A stretch of 63,876 nucleotides of DNA, filler included, from Octopus bimaculoides (Eukaryota), in the NCBI RefSeq assembly GCF_001194135.2. It is 4 parts of 4 records of this genome, joined end to end, with 100 filler letters (N's around TTAATTAATTAA, not from the genome) between each part and the next. Parts side by side here need not be neighbours in the genome. Positions count along the whole stretch, not along the records: positions 20,270 to 49,539 come from NC_068987.1; positions 49,640 to 62,541 come from NC_069002.1; 2 more parts are not named here. One strand, 5' to 3'. Shown here piece after piece: positions 48,081-59,605 of the stretch; position 1 is the stretch's first letter, and each line of letters begins with the position of its first letter. Made by a program: the position numbers and the translations under genes. The notes beneath the pieces were generated by a model that searched no databases, was not told the DNA's origin, and worked only from the letters and a program-made list of their open reading frames with translations.

Positions 48081-49539
48081 ATAAGATTAGAACGTTCAAG
48101 ATATAACATCATTTCTTTCAGTTTGCACAATTTTTGCTTCAAAGAAAGAAAACTTCAAAAGCAAAAAAAAAACCAAAAAAAAATCAACAAAAAAAGAGAC
48201 ACATTCTTTATATTTGATTGTTTTGTTTCAATAACTTCAGTGAAAGTCAACAATAATTCTTAAAGTTTTCGAAAAAAGAAGGCATTATTGTATACATAAT
48301 ACCAAGTTAACAGTGACCTTTTCTGTTCTGTTATGTTCTATTTTAAAGGATGATCACATGAAATTCCATATTTTTCATTAAGCTATATGTCTCCAGGGTT
48401 TCTCCTGATAAAATTACATTGGTTTTTCTAAAGCATTATGGTGCTACCCAAAAGATAACAGTACCCAAAAGTATTCAGTGTGAAGGAAATAATATCAGCA
48501 ATTTGATATAATTTTAGCTGATTTTGAATTACAGGATTTGGCTTAAAGCATACATTACAAAACAAAATATTTTATCACTAACATAACAGAGCTTTAAATA
48601 GAAACTGGAGCCTTTCAATGAAGGACTTGCAGAAGGTTAATCCTGTTATTGCAAAATAATAACAATATCTAGTTGCAATGACCCTAAAGGAAAATATGAG
48701 ATTCTTTTCTTTTGGTGTAAGCCGCAAAATAGAAAAACATAAAAAGCAAAAAAATCATTGTTTAATAAATAAATAAACAGCAGAAATATGGGAAGTGTTC
48801 ACAAAAATTTCTTCACTTATTTTTTAATACCATAATGACATTTAAGTTGCTTTTGTTTGTATCAATGAAAAATACAAATGGCTAAAACATGTATGCACCG
48901 AAAAATAATATTTTTTATGAAGTATACGGTTATATTTGAAAAAAGGATTTTGAAGATAATTTTGTATAAAACATCGATTCATGGCTCAATGGTTCAGAAG
49001 TATGCTTCACAGTTTTGCGGTTTCAAGTTTGGTCCCACTGTGCAGCACCTTGGGCAAGTGTCTTTTACAATAGCCCCAAGCTGACCAGTGTCCTATGAGT
49101 GGATTTGATTAGAAGACAATAAAAGAAACCCATCACGTATATATCGTGTCTTTTACTTGTTTCATTCATTGGACTGTGGCCATGCTGGTGCACTGCCTCG
49201 AGTGGTTTTTAGCAAACCAGCCATGGAGCATATTTTTAAGTTTAGGACTTATTCTATCAGTTTCTTTTGTTGAACAGCTAAGTTACCATCATCCAGTGTT
49301 TAAAATCCGGGTTTTGTCCATGTTAACGGGGGTGGCCAGATCTAAGTTATAGGAATGTAAATGAACCGACACCAATTATCAAAAAAGGTGGTGCACCAGT
49401 ATGACTGAAACAAGTAAGAGAATGAAAGAATATATATATATATATATATAAAATATATAGTTTTAGGGAAAATAACCAAGTTTCAAGAACTCATCGATGA
49501 AAATCATAAATATATATACATATATTATTTATATATATA

Positions 49540-49639
49540 NNNNNNNNNNNNNNNNNNNNNNNNNNNNNNNNNNNNNNNNNNNNTTAATTAATTAANNNNN
49601 NNNNNNNNNNNNNNNNNNNNNNNNNNNNNNNNNNNNNNN
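49540..49639. other. Assembly artefact: 44 N + TTAATTAATTAA + 44 N spacer
   Basis: Same geometry as 20170-20269. Confidence 0.95.
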
Positions 49640-49832
49640 ATATATATATATATATATATATAGATAGATATATATATAGATAGATATTTGTATAATAGAT
49701 ACCTAAATATACACATACAAACATATATACATGCCTATACACATACGTACGTACATATATTCGTTCGTTAAGTATCACTTGTGATGAAAACGAAATGAAT
49801 GGTATTACAATAGACAGGCCTAAAATTCTTAC

Positions 49833-49925
49833 CGGAAGAAGTTACTAACTTCCGCTTAACGAAGCAGAAACGCTTGATAAGAGACATTTCTGGGCAACAT
49901 TCAGGTTCACCGGAACCAATACAGC
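49833..49925 (-). other. Candidate 93-nt exon (phase 1/1 open; internal ATG at 49887)
   Basis: Acceptor tgtttgcacttgtag, donor CCG|gtaaga; more GC-rich than its flanks; (x)CIGSGEPECCPEMSLIKRFCFVKRKLVTSS. No homology recognised. Confidence 0.35.
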
Positions 49926-50445
49926 CTACAAGTGCAAACACTCTGTTTATACACATATGCATTTATAGGTAGACTCTCACACAAACACACACAATATAAA
50001 TGCAATTGTGTGTATTAGTTTTCTTCTGTGTATGTATATGTTTCGATAAAAGTCGAGCCTTCCGTAGAATATTTCCGTATGTCCTATGTCTCAACATCTC
50101 TGTCGTTTGCTTCGTTATGCGCATTAATATGTCTGTCAGCAATAAACATAACATGCATCACACATTTCATACGATTACTTCTTTCGTTGAACAAGCAATC
50201 ACGCTGCAGATATATGTATACAAATGTAAATAAAAATACATACATAACTACATGCATATATACACACACATATATTTGTACGTTTCTGTATGCTTGTGTG
50301 TACGTGTGTATATGTATATATGTTTATATGCTTATATAAGTTATTGACGGTTGTAAGTAGATTGAAGTGAATTATGTATCTGTCTATTCCGTTATGTGTT
50401 TGTACATGCACATATGTTTTTATGTTTATGACAGCTTAAATGTGG

Positions 50446-50486
<41 letters not shown>

Positions 50487-51180
50487 TTATATACTTATAC
50501 ACACAGACACGTGTATATGCAACCGTCCCCACACATGCATATACATAAGACAGTTGCGGTGTTGTTGACAACTCTCAGACAGTAATATGTTTCCTTATCT
50601 GTTCCGTTTTTGCGACAGTGTCTTTCTTAATAGCATATCATTGACAGTAAATTATTGATTCTACAGATTATCTTCCCTTCTCATACGGCAATGGAATTAA
50701 ACGTCTACTGTCTAAACCTCTGAAAGTAGTGTTAAGTGAAATAAATCAAACCAAGAATATGTCTTGTATAATATTTAACATACATTTATTAGCTTCCTTG
50801 TTACTATGGCTGTGTAGTACGAAGTTTGCGTCCCATCCACGTGATTACGGTTTTAATCTCCCTTCGTGTCAATAAACTCTGACCGACCCAAATCTTGTCA
50901 CAGAAGCCCAATTTGTATATATATNNNNNNNNNNNNNNNNNNNNNNNNNNNNNNNNNNNNNNNNNNNNNNNNNNNNNNNNNNNNNNNNNNNNNNNNNNNN
51001 NNNNNNNNNNNNNNNNNNNNNNNNNNNNNNNNNNNNNNNNNNNNNNNNNNNNNNNNNNNNNNNNNNNNNNNNNNNNNNNNNNNNNNNNNNNNNNNNNNNN
51101 NNNNNNNNNNNNNNNNNNNNNNNNNNNNNNNNNNNNNNNNNNNATATATATATATATATATATAATTATAGATGAGGGCA

Positions 51181-51430
51181 TTTAAAAGATGAGTATGTAT
51201 GAATATTATTTACATTGGACGGACATTTGTCCTCATTTTGTATGTTACTAACACAACGTTTCGGCTGATATACCCTCCAACCTTCATCGGGTGTCTTGGT
51301 GAAATTTCAAACCTAGGTTCTCATACGTAAGGTATTTTTCGTAGTTATCATCATTATTATTATTCAGGTCACTCGAACTCGGAATGTTGGGATTAGAAAC
51401 CCGCGTTCTTAACCACTACGCCATATGCCC
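51181..51430 (-). mobile_element. tRNA-headed hammerhead module attached to the 3' end of a Penelope-like ORF
   Basis: A box TGGCGTAGTGG, B-box remnant GAGTTCGAG; hammerhead GACAC CCGAUGA A GGUUG..CAGCC GAAACGUU GUGUU at 51250-51295 (U4>C). Confidence 0.8.
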
Positions 51431-51923
51431 GTGGGGAATTATGGAGCGAATTGTAGGGCTTATAAATCTAATATTTTTCCATCCTTCCTTAATACCTGTT
51501 CCCATATGCTATTCATATCTGCACTCGGTCTGCTTAGGAGGTTGCTGTGTCCTAGCATCTGTTTCTGCTTCTTTTAGTTTTCGTATTTTCCAGTGGTGTT
51601 CTCTGTCAATAATTTTAACTTCATCCACCAAGGTGAGGTGGTCTCCTTTTTCCATACATGATCAGCTATACCAGATTTATGAATATTTCGTGTCACAGCA
51701 TTGCGATGTTCCTCTACCCTTTTTTTGAGGGGAGTGCATGTTTCGCCTGTGTATGACCAGCCACACCTGCATGGGAGTACACGCATTTTGTGGTCATATT
51801 CTCTTCTATTGGTTGTTCTACTCGAAGGAGATATTTGCTAAGTGTTGTATTACTCTTCAATACTGTCCTGATGTACTCTATCCTATGCATCTGTGGTAGG
51901 TCATGGAAAGGTGAAGCATGCCG
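51431..51923 (-). mobile_element. Penelope-like element, GIY-YIG endonuclease region, frameshifted
   Basis: IRTVLKSNTTLSKYL..EENMTTKCVY / PCRCGWSYTGETCTPLKKRVEEHR..SGIADHVWK..KIRKLKEA: the VY..PC..C..YIGET motif of PLE endonucleases. Confidence 0.88.
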
Positions 51924-51924
51924 C

Positions 51925-52105
51925 CCCTCTAAATAAGGGTAGAGGAACATCTCATATTGATAAATCGGGTATAGCTGATCGTGTATGGAAAAATGAAGAT
52001 CACCTCCATTTGTGGGATGAAGCTAAAAATAATAGACAGTGAACACCACTGGAAAATACGAAAACTAAAAGATGAGGACAAATATCTGTCAAATGCATAT
52101 AATGT
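51925..52105 (+). mobile_element. Inverted partial copy of the same Penelope-like element
   Basis: Reverse complement of 51572-51732, followed by the post-hammerhead tail gatgaggacaaatat. Confidence 0.8.
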
Positions 52106-53846
52106 AATGTATAATTAAGGGCATAAAGAAAAAACATTCTACATCAATATGTTCAAAAATAGACCCTAATGGCAAAACCTTTTTTCTTTTTGCAGTTTTT
52201 TATAATTGTCTTTATAATTTTCACCTTAAAGGTACTTTTCATATGCCGGCTACTGATCAGTTTCTTTTTTAAAAAAATTAATAAAATTATATATATATAT
52301 ATATATACATATAATATATTTCATGGGTTATATATATATATATATATATATATATATNNNNNNNNNNNNNNNNNNNNNNNNNNNNNNNNNNNNNNNNNNN
52401 NNNNNNNNNNNNNNNNNNNNNNNNNNNNNNNNNNNNNNNNNNNNNNNNNNNNNNNNNNNNNNNNNNNNNNNNNNNNNNNNNNNNNNNNNNNNNNNNNNNN
52501 NNNNNNNNNNNNNNNNNNNNNNNNNNNNNNNNNNNNNNNNNNNNNNNNNNNNNNNNNNNNNNNNNNNNNNNNNNNNNNNNNNNNNNNNNNNNNNNNNNNN
52601 NNNNNNNNNNNNNNNNNNNNNNNNNNNNNNNNNNNNNNNNNNNNNNNNNNNNNNNNNNNNNNNNNNTATATGCTATATATAGATGCATACTGCAATATGT
52701 ATCACACTGCCCAAATTCCAATCTTGAGTAGTGACCCTTTTCACGTCCAGGAACGAGAAAGTGAATTCGAAGGCTACAGATCCAGGTAATCATTGGAACT
52801 GCAAGTAGTTGTAAAACTTTCCAGAACTTTATCATTAACATATTTCTGAGTATGTCTAGACATGCAACTATCTGCATGAGAATACATACATAAAAAAAAA
52901 ACATACACATTTGTACACATACATATATACAAAAATATACCTTCTTGATGTTGTTGAAATTTCAGTTAAGGAGCTTTTGGATCGATATTAGAAACCGGCT
53001 CTTTATTGATAAGGAATCTTGAAATATAACTAAATAATGGCATACATATAAGACGTTACTTTCAGTTATCATATAGCATGTTCATTCGCAATTCTTAGCG
53101 TTTCCTGGACGACCAAGAATTATGAGTGGTCATGCTACACGGAAATATATGGTCGGGTAGCAAGCTTCTCAACCAGGCTTCTCGAAGAAATAAGGTGCAA
53201 TTTCAGGAATTAGATAATGAAACATAATATTTCCTTTACATATTTTAGTGAACGCGGGATTAGAACATAAAGGAGCTTTATTAAATAGGTGCTCAGGAGA
53301 AAGGTATTATAGTTAGTTATAAGAATAAGAGCTGGAAAGGATTAATTAGCTATCAGAGAGAAAAACTAATGCAGTAATAAGGACCTATTCGCAAACTGAA
53401 ACTTACGTTCACCCTGAGGTTATATTATTGTTAATCTTCAATAACAGTCGGAGATATTGCTATATATTTATATACAAAATATAACGTGTTTATAAAACGT
53501 CTGTTCCGTTATTTACTGTATGAAAATAAACGTCAGAAAGATGTGAGAACTGGAATTTGAATTATATGTTTTGTAATGTGAAAACTAACACATTAGGGCA
53601 AAAAATAAATTTAGATTCTCGCCTAAAACATCAGAAATTTTGCATCCAATTTCCTTGTCTTTAGATTGAATTTTCTCTTATATATAACCATTATCACGTT
53701 TGTCTGGCTTCATTTCTGCAAACACCAGAATTGGCAAAACATTCAAATATGCACGTTGTATAACACACACGCGCGCGCTAACAGATATTTACATATTCAT
53801 TTGTATATATAAAAATATATGTGAATTTATAAGATATAGATATGCA

Positions 53847-53877
<31 letters not shown>

Positions 53878-54143
53878 NNNNNNNNNNNNNNNNNNNNNNN
53901 NNNNNNNNNNNNNNNNNNNNNNNNNNNNNNNNNNNNNNNNNNNNNNNNNNNNNNNNNNNNNNNNNNNNNNNNNNNNNNNNNNNNNNNNNNNNNNNNNNNN
54001 NNNNNNNNNNNNNNNNNNNNNNNNNNNNNNNNNNNNNNNNNNNNNNNNNNNNNNNAAAACGAACGTCTTTTACTTTTCGAGCACACGCTCTTCAACATAA
54101 AAGAATAAGAGAAATAAACACAGAGAGAAATATATATATACAC

Positions 54144-54193
<50 letters not shown>

Positions 54194-54902
54194 TGATAGA
54201 TAGATAAATAGAAAGATAGATAATAGATAAATAAATGGGAGAGAGGCAAACAGACAGGCAAACTTGTTGAAGGTGATTACCAGCTTTCGTGCAGGTTTGT
54301 CTTAACATGTACGTAAGTACAGAATTTTGTTTCCTTGTGTGGTGTTTGAATTCTATTCAGTGTAGTAGACACTGAAATATTTTAGCGGGATCAGATGTGT
54401 GAGGTGAAGATTTGACACATTTGCTTCCGGTATATGGAACAGAGGTTAGAGTTGGCTGCGTTCGCTAAATTTTAACCTCTTTTTCATATCTTTCGTAGCA
54501 TCCATTTCCTGGAGAATTGAAAACTTGCAGCTGCACCTGAGAACATTTACAATTTTAGTGTACATGTATGATATATATGTATATGTGTATGTGTGACTGT
54601 CTGTACGTGTGTGCGCTTGCGTGTGTCCATATATGTAGATACATATATGTGTGGGGGGGGTATGTATGTGTGCGTGTAAATATATATATATATATATGCA
54701 GAGAGAGAGATATGTTTATATATGTCTGCATATTCTCATATATAAACACGCAAATATTTGTTGTGTGATATGTGTAGACTTGTATATACAGATAGATATA
54801 CACAAATATACAAATATGTGTGTGTATGTATTTATGCATATAATAATGTATGTGTCTATATACATATGTGTAATAAAACAACTCTGTGTGTCTGCATGTG
54901 TG

Positions 54903-54964
<62 letters not shown>

Positions 54965-56059
54965 TATTTATTGTGTGTGTGTATTAAGTATATGATTTAA
55001 GTTTTAAAACGAAGTTCGACAAACTCAATCATATTTTTCATAAATGGAGATCAGATGTTAATAGGTAAAGTACGAAGAATCAACGTTAGAAATCGTTTGG
55101 AAACTACACCAATTAAAGGAGGAATCCTCATTCAACTCATTTTTTTTTTGTTATATATATATATGCTTATATGATTACATTGTCTCTTAACAGCTTTCAT
55201 ATACTACCCAAAATGTAGGAATTAAATTCGGAATATTAATTTGATAAATGTTTGTATCACTAATAAAAAGAAATTTATAAAGTAGCTCTTTATTTATGTT
55301 TTAAACTATGATACGTACATATGTATCTCTATTGTATATCATATAATATATATCATAAATGCCCCTACACGAATATATATATATATATGATTTGTCACAC
55401 AGTGTTCTATCAAAATCTCTGCACAATTCTGGTAACTTGAGCCATTGTATTGTACAATCTGAAGCCATCTTTCTGGCTGCTCTTTCACTCTACGCTGATA
55501 GCATTGGATTTGAAACACAGAAACTGAAAGGTGTCTGTAATGTGTGTGTATTTGTGTGTGCGTGTGTGTTTTATGTAAGTATGTGAGTGTATGTTTGTCT
55601 TTTTTGTCTGTGTTAGCTCACCACCACTGTTTGAGGCCCGAAATTGTTTTGTTTACGTCCTCATAGTTTAGCGGTTGGGTAAAGATGGATAGAAGACGTA
55701 CCTGGCTTAAAAATCAAATATGAATAATGGGATCGATTCACTAGACTAAAATACCTTGAAGTCGGTGCTCCAGCATAACCGCAATCAAATGACCGAAAGA
55801 AGTAACTGATAAAAGTTAGCAAAATATAAATATTTGGGTGTAGAGATTAGGTAGTAAACTTAACAGGGGCTCCTTTTAAGGTTTTTGTTCAGAAAATCAT
55901 CATATTTTCCCCTTTGATAGCAATGCCTAGAACATTAGCTTGATTTAAAATGCACCTTTCATGTCAGGTGATGACCAGAAACAACGGCCAGCATAACTTC
56001 CGTGCAAAACGATATATGTTTGGTTATAGATAACCTTAGATAAACTTAGATATGTTTCG

Positions 56060-56330
56060 ACCAAAGATTGGTCCAAGCCATGTCTAACTTGATAGACTGA
56101 TAGGATTATCTAAATCCTTTTTAAGTCAGGTTTTGTTTATGGTCCATTCAAGTAGTGAGTTCTTGTTGAGTGAGTTGTATCCAGGTATGGGTGTCTTATC
56201 TGGTATTCCTTGAAGAAATCTTTCTAGATTCCTTTTAAAGTTGATAGGATCCTTTTCCTCTTTTATCTGTTTCGGGACAATGTTAAACAGTGCAGGGCAT
56301 GTTGAGGAAAAGAAATTAGAGAATAGGCAT
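56060..56330 (-). mobile_element. CR1/L2-group LINE ORF 3' end
   Basis: CPALFNIVPKQIKEEKDPINFKRNLERFLQGIPDKTPIPGYNSLNKNSLLEW resembles the ..LFN.LP..FK..LD.FL..IPD.P..PGY..NSL..W terminus. Confidence 0.7.
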
Positions 56331-57489
56331 TATACATAGCAACAGGTCTTCTTAAGCTATTCGTCCAGAAATTCATCGCGTTTTATCCTTTAGATATCCA
56401 ATCCCTTTCGAGTAAGGAGAACGTCACCATCAATGATCGATGCCTAACACTACCGAATATTTGAGGTATTCCCCTTGAAAGACGTTTCCAGCTTGACTGA
56501 GAACGCACCAATTTTGTTCGCATCAGGCGATGACAAGTGATAAGTACCAACAGATCTTAAGGGTAAAACGAAAGTCTGACATGCAAATATATATGAGGCT
56601 TCTCGATGAAAACCTGAATGGTTTCATTGAGGATGAGTGTAGTGGTAATACGGTGGGGTGTTGTCAATGAATTTCTGTGAGGGTAATCCTATCAAGCCAG
56701 GAGACGGAATTATAAATACTAAGTGTTAAACTAATTATCACAGTCATTACTAATCCATGAAATGCTGATGAAGACGGTGCTAATGACGGTGATGGCGATG
56801 ATGATGATGATGTTGATGTTGGTGATGGCTGTGGTGGTGGGGATGATATCGATGATGTTTATCAAAATGATGATGATGGGACGTGACGATGACGGTTTTA
56901 GTGTTGTTAGTGGTGGTGGTCAAGTTAGTGAAGGTCGTGTTTGTGACGACGACGACGATGATGATAATTAAGTTGATGATTATTATTAACATTGCATCGT
57001 TTTCGTTTTAATATTCATCCTCAAGATCATTAACACTAAATCTGTTGGGGTAGGAGAGAGAAACAGCATAGATCTTTGATTGGCATCGTTGAAATATCTT
57101 TAGATGTCTTTCGTTTCATTTAAATATCCACAATTCAAGCAGGAAGTGTAAAAGGAAATATTTATTTAGTTCTGTTAATGAAGGTAGCATTGCTGTAAGA
57201 AGGTGTCAACAGAATTATCCAACCATCACGGAATAACTGACAGTTATATTTATCTAGGGATGAAACAGATGACCAATAATATTAGATTGAAAAGCTTTTC
57301 GATGCGCAAACTCAGTCTTTATCTGCAGTTTGACCAGATTTGTGTGAAACATGTAATATATATAATCAATGTTCCGTGTCACTGACGATATGATAGATAC
57401 CGATCTATGTTTCTATCATCATCATTTGTAGTGGTAGTAGCAGCAGCATTAGTAGTAGCAGTAGTTTTTGTTCTATCATTATTATTACA

Positions 57490-57692
57490 CAAGGCGGCGA
57501 ACCGGTAGAATCGTTCGGACGCCGGGCAAAAGATGCTCAGTGGCATTTTATCCGTCTTTACGTTCTGAGTTCAAATTCAACCGTGGTCGACTTTGCTTTC
57601 ATTGCGTCGGGGTCGAGAAAATAAGTAACAGTTAAACGCTGGTGTCGATGTAATCGACTCCTTTCCTCCCCCAAAATTATTGGCTTTGTGCT
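57490..57692 (+). mobile_element. SINE family B, CpG-rich copy
   Basis: Family B head and core. Confidence 0.8.
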
Positions 57693-57694
57693 TC

Positions 57695-57870
57695 GAATTC
57701 TTCCTCCACTTCATGGAGCCAGGGTACTTTGTTGTGATTGATACCTCGCTCCAAAATGAAGTTGGTTCTGTGGGATCAGGCAACTCTTTCTCTTCCCCTC
57801 CATCCAGGCACTCGTAGAACAGCTTCTGATCTGCTCTAAACTGATGATTTTGGAATATTGGAATATCTAG
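57695..57870 (-). mobile_element. Internal fragment of an R4/Dong-like LINE (pre-RT region)
   Basis: NHQFRADQKLFYECLDG..PDPTEPTSFWSEV..NHNKVPWLHEVEEEF resembles N..F..DQK.FY..L..FW..IW..HN..A.WL. Confidence 0.6.
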
Positions 57871-58229
57871 TGTTATAACTTACTGGGATGAATGTAATCG
57901 AATTCTCCCACCCTTTGAAACTACTATGTCTCACAATAAGACGATGACAGTGGAACTACATTTAACCATACATCTGCTCGACCATACGGTGCTAAGCAAT
58001 AAGAACAACATTCAAAAAGTACGTATATGGAAAACTGATAATTTAAAACACGCAAATGAATGTATAAAATTATATATATACGTTTATGAATTTGTATTGC
58101 AAGATTCATGATGTGAAACCCTGTGTTGATAGGGATATTGCTGCGTTTCGGGATGGTAATTTTTTTTCCAAATAAACACCTGCACTATATATTCGTTCTT
58201 TACTCGTTTATTGTTGTTCTTATTTTAAC

Positions 58230-58640
58230 TCATGTCGATTGTCCGGAAATCTTTCGTCACACATTTGTGACCTCTTCAGCGAAATCTTCCGTCCTCGCCT
58301 GCGCTCCTGCTTCTTTTAATCTGTTCTCTCTACATATAGGTTGAGTACGCTAAAGATATTATAGACCAGTTCTGTGCTTTTCGCTGAACATCGGTGGAGG
58401 TGCATCTTGTCATGATTGAACCATTTAGGTCTTGCCCAATTATCCTCTAAACGCAACTTCTTGATGACAACGTTTGCTCTTACTCTACACATTGAACACG
58501 GCCAGCTAAATGCACTGTACTGGTTGTCAGGAAGTGCCTTGTCCAAAAAATTGCCATGCCACCCGAACAAAAAATCGAAACTACGAACGTAAGGGTGATA
58601 GTCTAGTTGCTTAACAGCTTGGACAGGTGCATGCATATGT
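58230..58640 (-). mobile_element. Possible highly decayed mariner C-terminus
   Basis: KQLDYHPYVRSFDFLFG weakly resembles L.HPPYSPDLAPCDF.LF; gtccggaaa TIR-like piece at about 58240. Confidence 0.4.
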
Positions 58641-59278
58641 CAATATACGCACATATATTGGGTGTGCTTGTCTAAGAATCTGTCTCCCCACCCCCACATG
58701 TTTTCCTTTCATATGTTTATAAATATGTGTGAGTGTATGTCTGTGTATACGTCTCTCACTCTCTCTCTCCTGTGTTTGTGTATGTTCTTGTGTTTGTTCG
58801 TTTGTGTATGTGTGTCTGTCTGTCTGTGCCAGTGTATAAAGTTGTTTGTATGAGATTCGGTGAAGTGTGTGTGTCACTCGGCGCGGTAGAACACTAAAAT
58901 TGTTCACACCTAAATATCTTCAATTATGTAGCCGACCAAAATCATTAATTACTCTTCAAAGCAAACTTTAAAATCTATATATTGATCACAGTGAAATATT
59001 TAATACCGTTACGTGAACTGGAATAGCCAACTTAAGTCATATGATGCACATGTATGTGTCGGGAAGTGATTGTCGCTAGATCTGTCCTATGTTCATTAAT
59101 ACCTTTGAATACACAGATACAAGCGCACACCCATGCACGCAGAAATATGTAGTGACAAGAGGAGAGAGATAGACCAAATGACAGGTAGACAGAGACAAAG
59201 AGGGTGATCGATGTGTCGAGATGTGGCGCGCTTGTGTTCGCGCCTGAGAGAATGAACGCATCACATGCTCTCATGTTG

Positions 59279-59353
<75 letters not shown>

Positions 59354-59457
59354 CCGTGTGTGCATGAACTCACATGTATGCATGCTTATATATAATATAC
59401 ATACATACATACATACATACGTATGAGAGTGTATAAGGATTTATACACAGATATACA

Positions 59458-59605
59458 CAGGGCGCCTTACATGCTAGAGAGGGCAGTCAGAACCCAAACC
59501 ACGAAAAAAACTAATTACAAAGACAATGAAAACAAAAATTATTTATAGCTAACCCCAAACTCTAGTTTCTATTTGACTGCCCTTTCTAGCATGTAAGGCG
59601 TCCTG
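59458..59605. mobile_element. About 148-bp MITE with about 33-bp TIRs
   Basis: cagggcgccttacatgctagagagggcagtca ... tgactgccctttctagcatgtaaggcgtcctg; TA TSD not retained. Confidence 0.8.

Noticed and set aside
53395-53420. Minus-strand GTAAGT donor
   Set aside because: The only nearby acceptor would give a 7-nt exon; no further support
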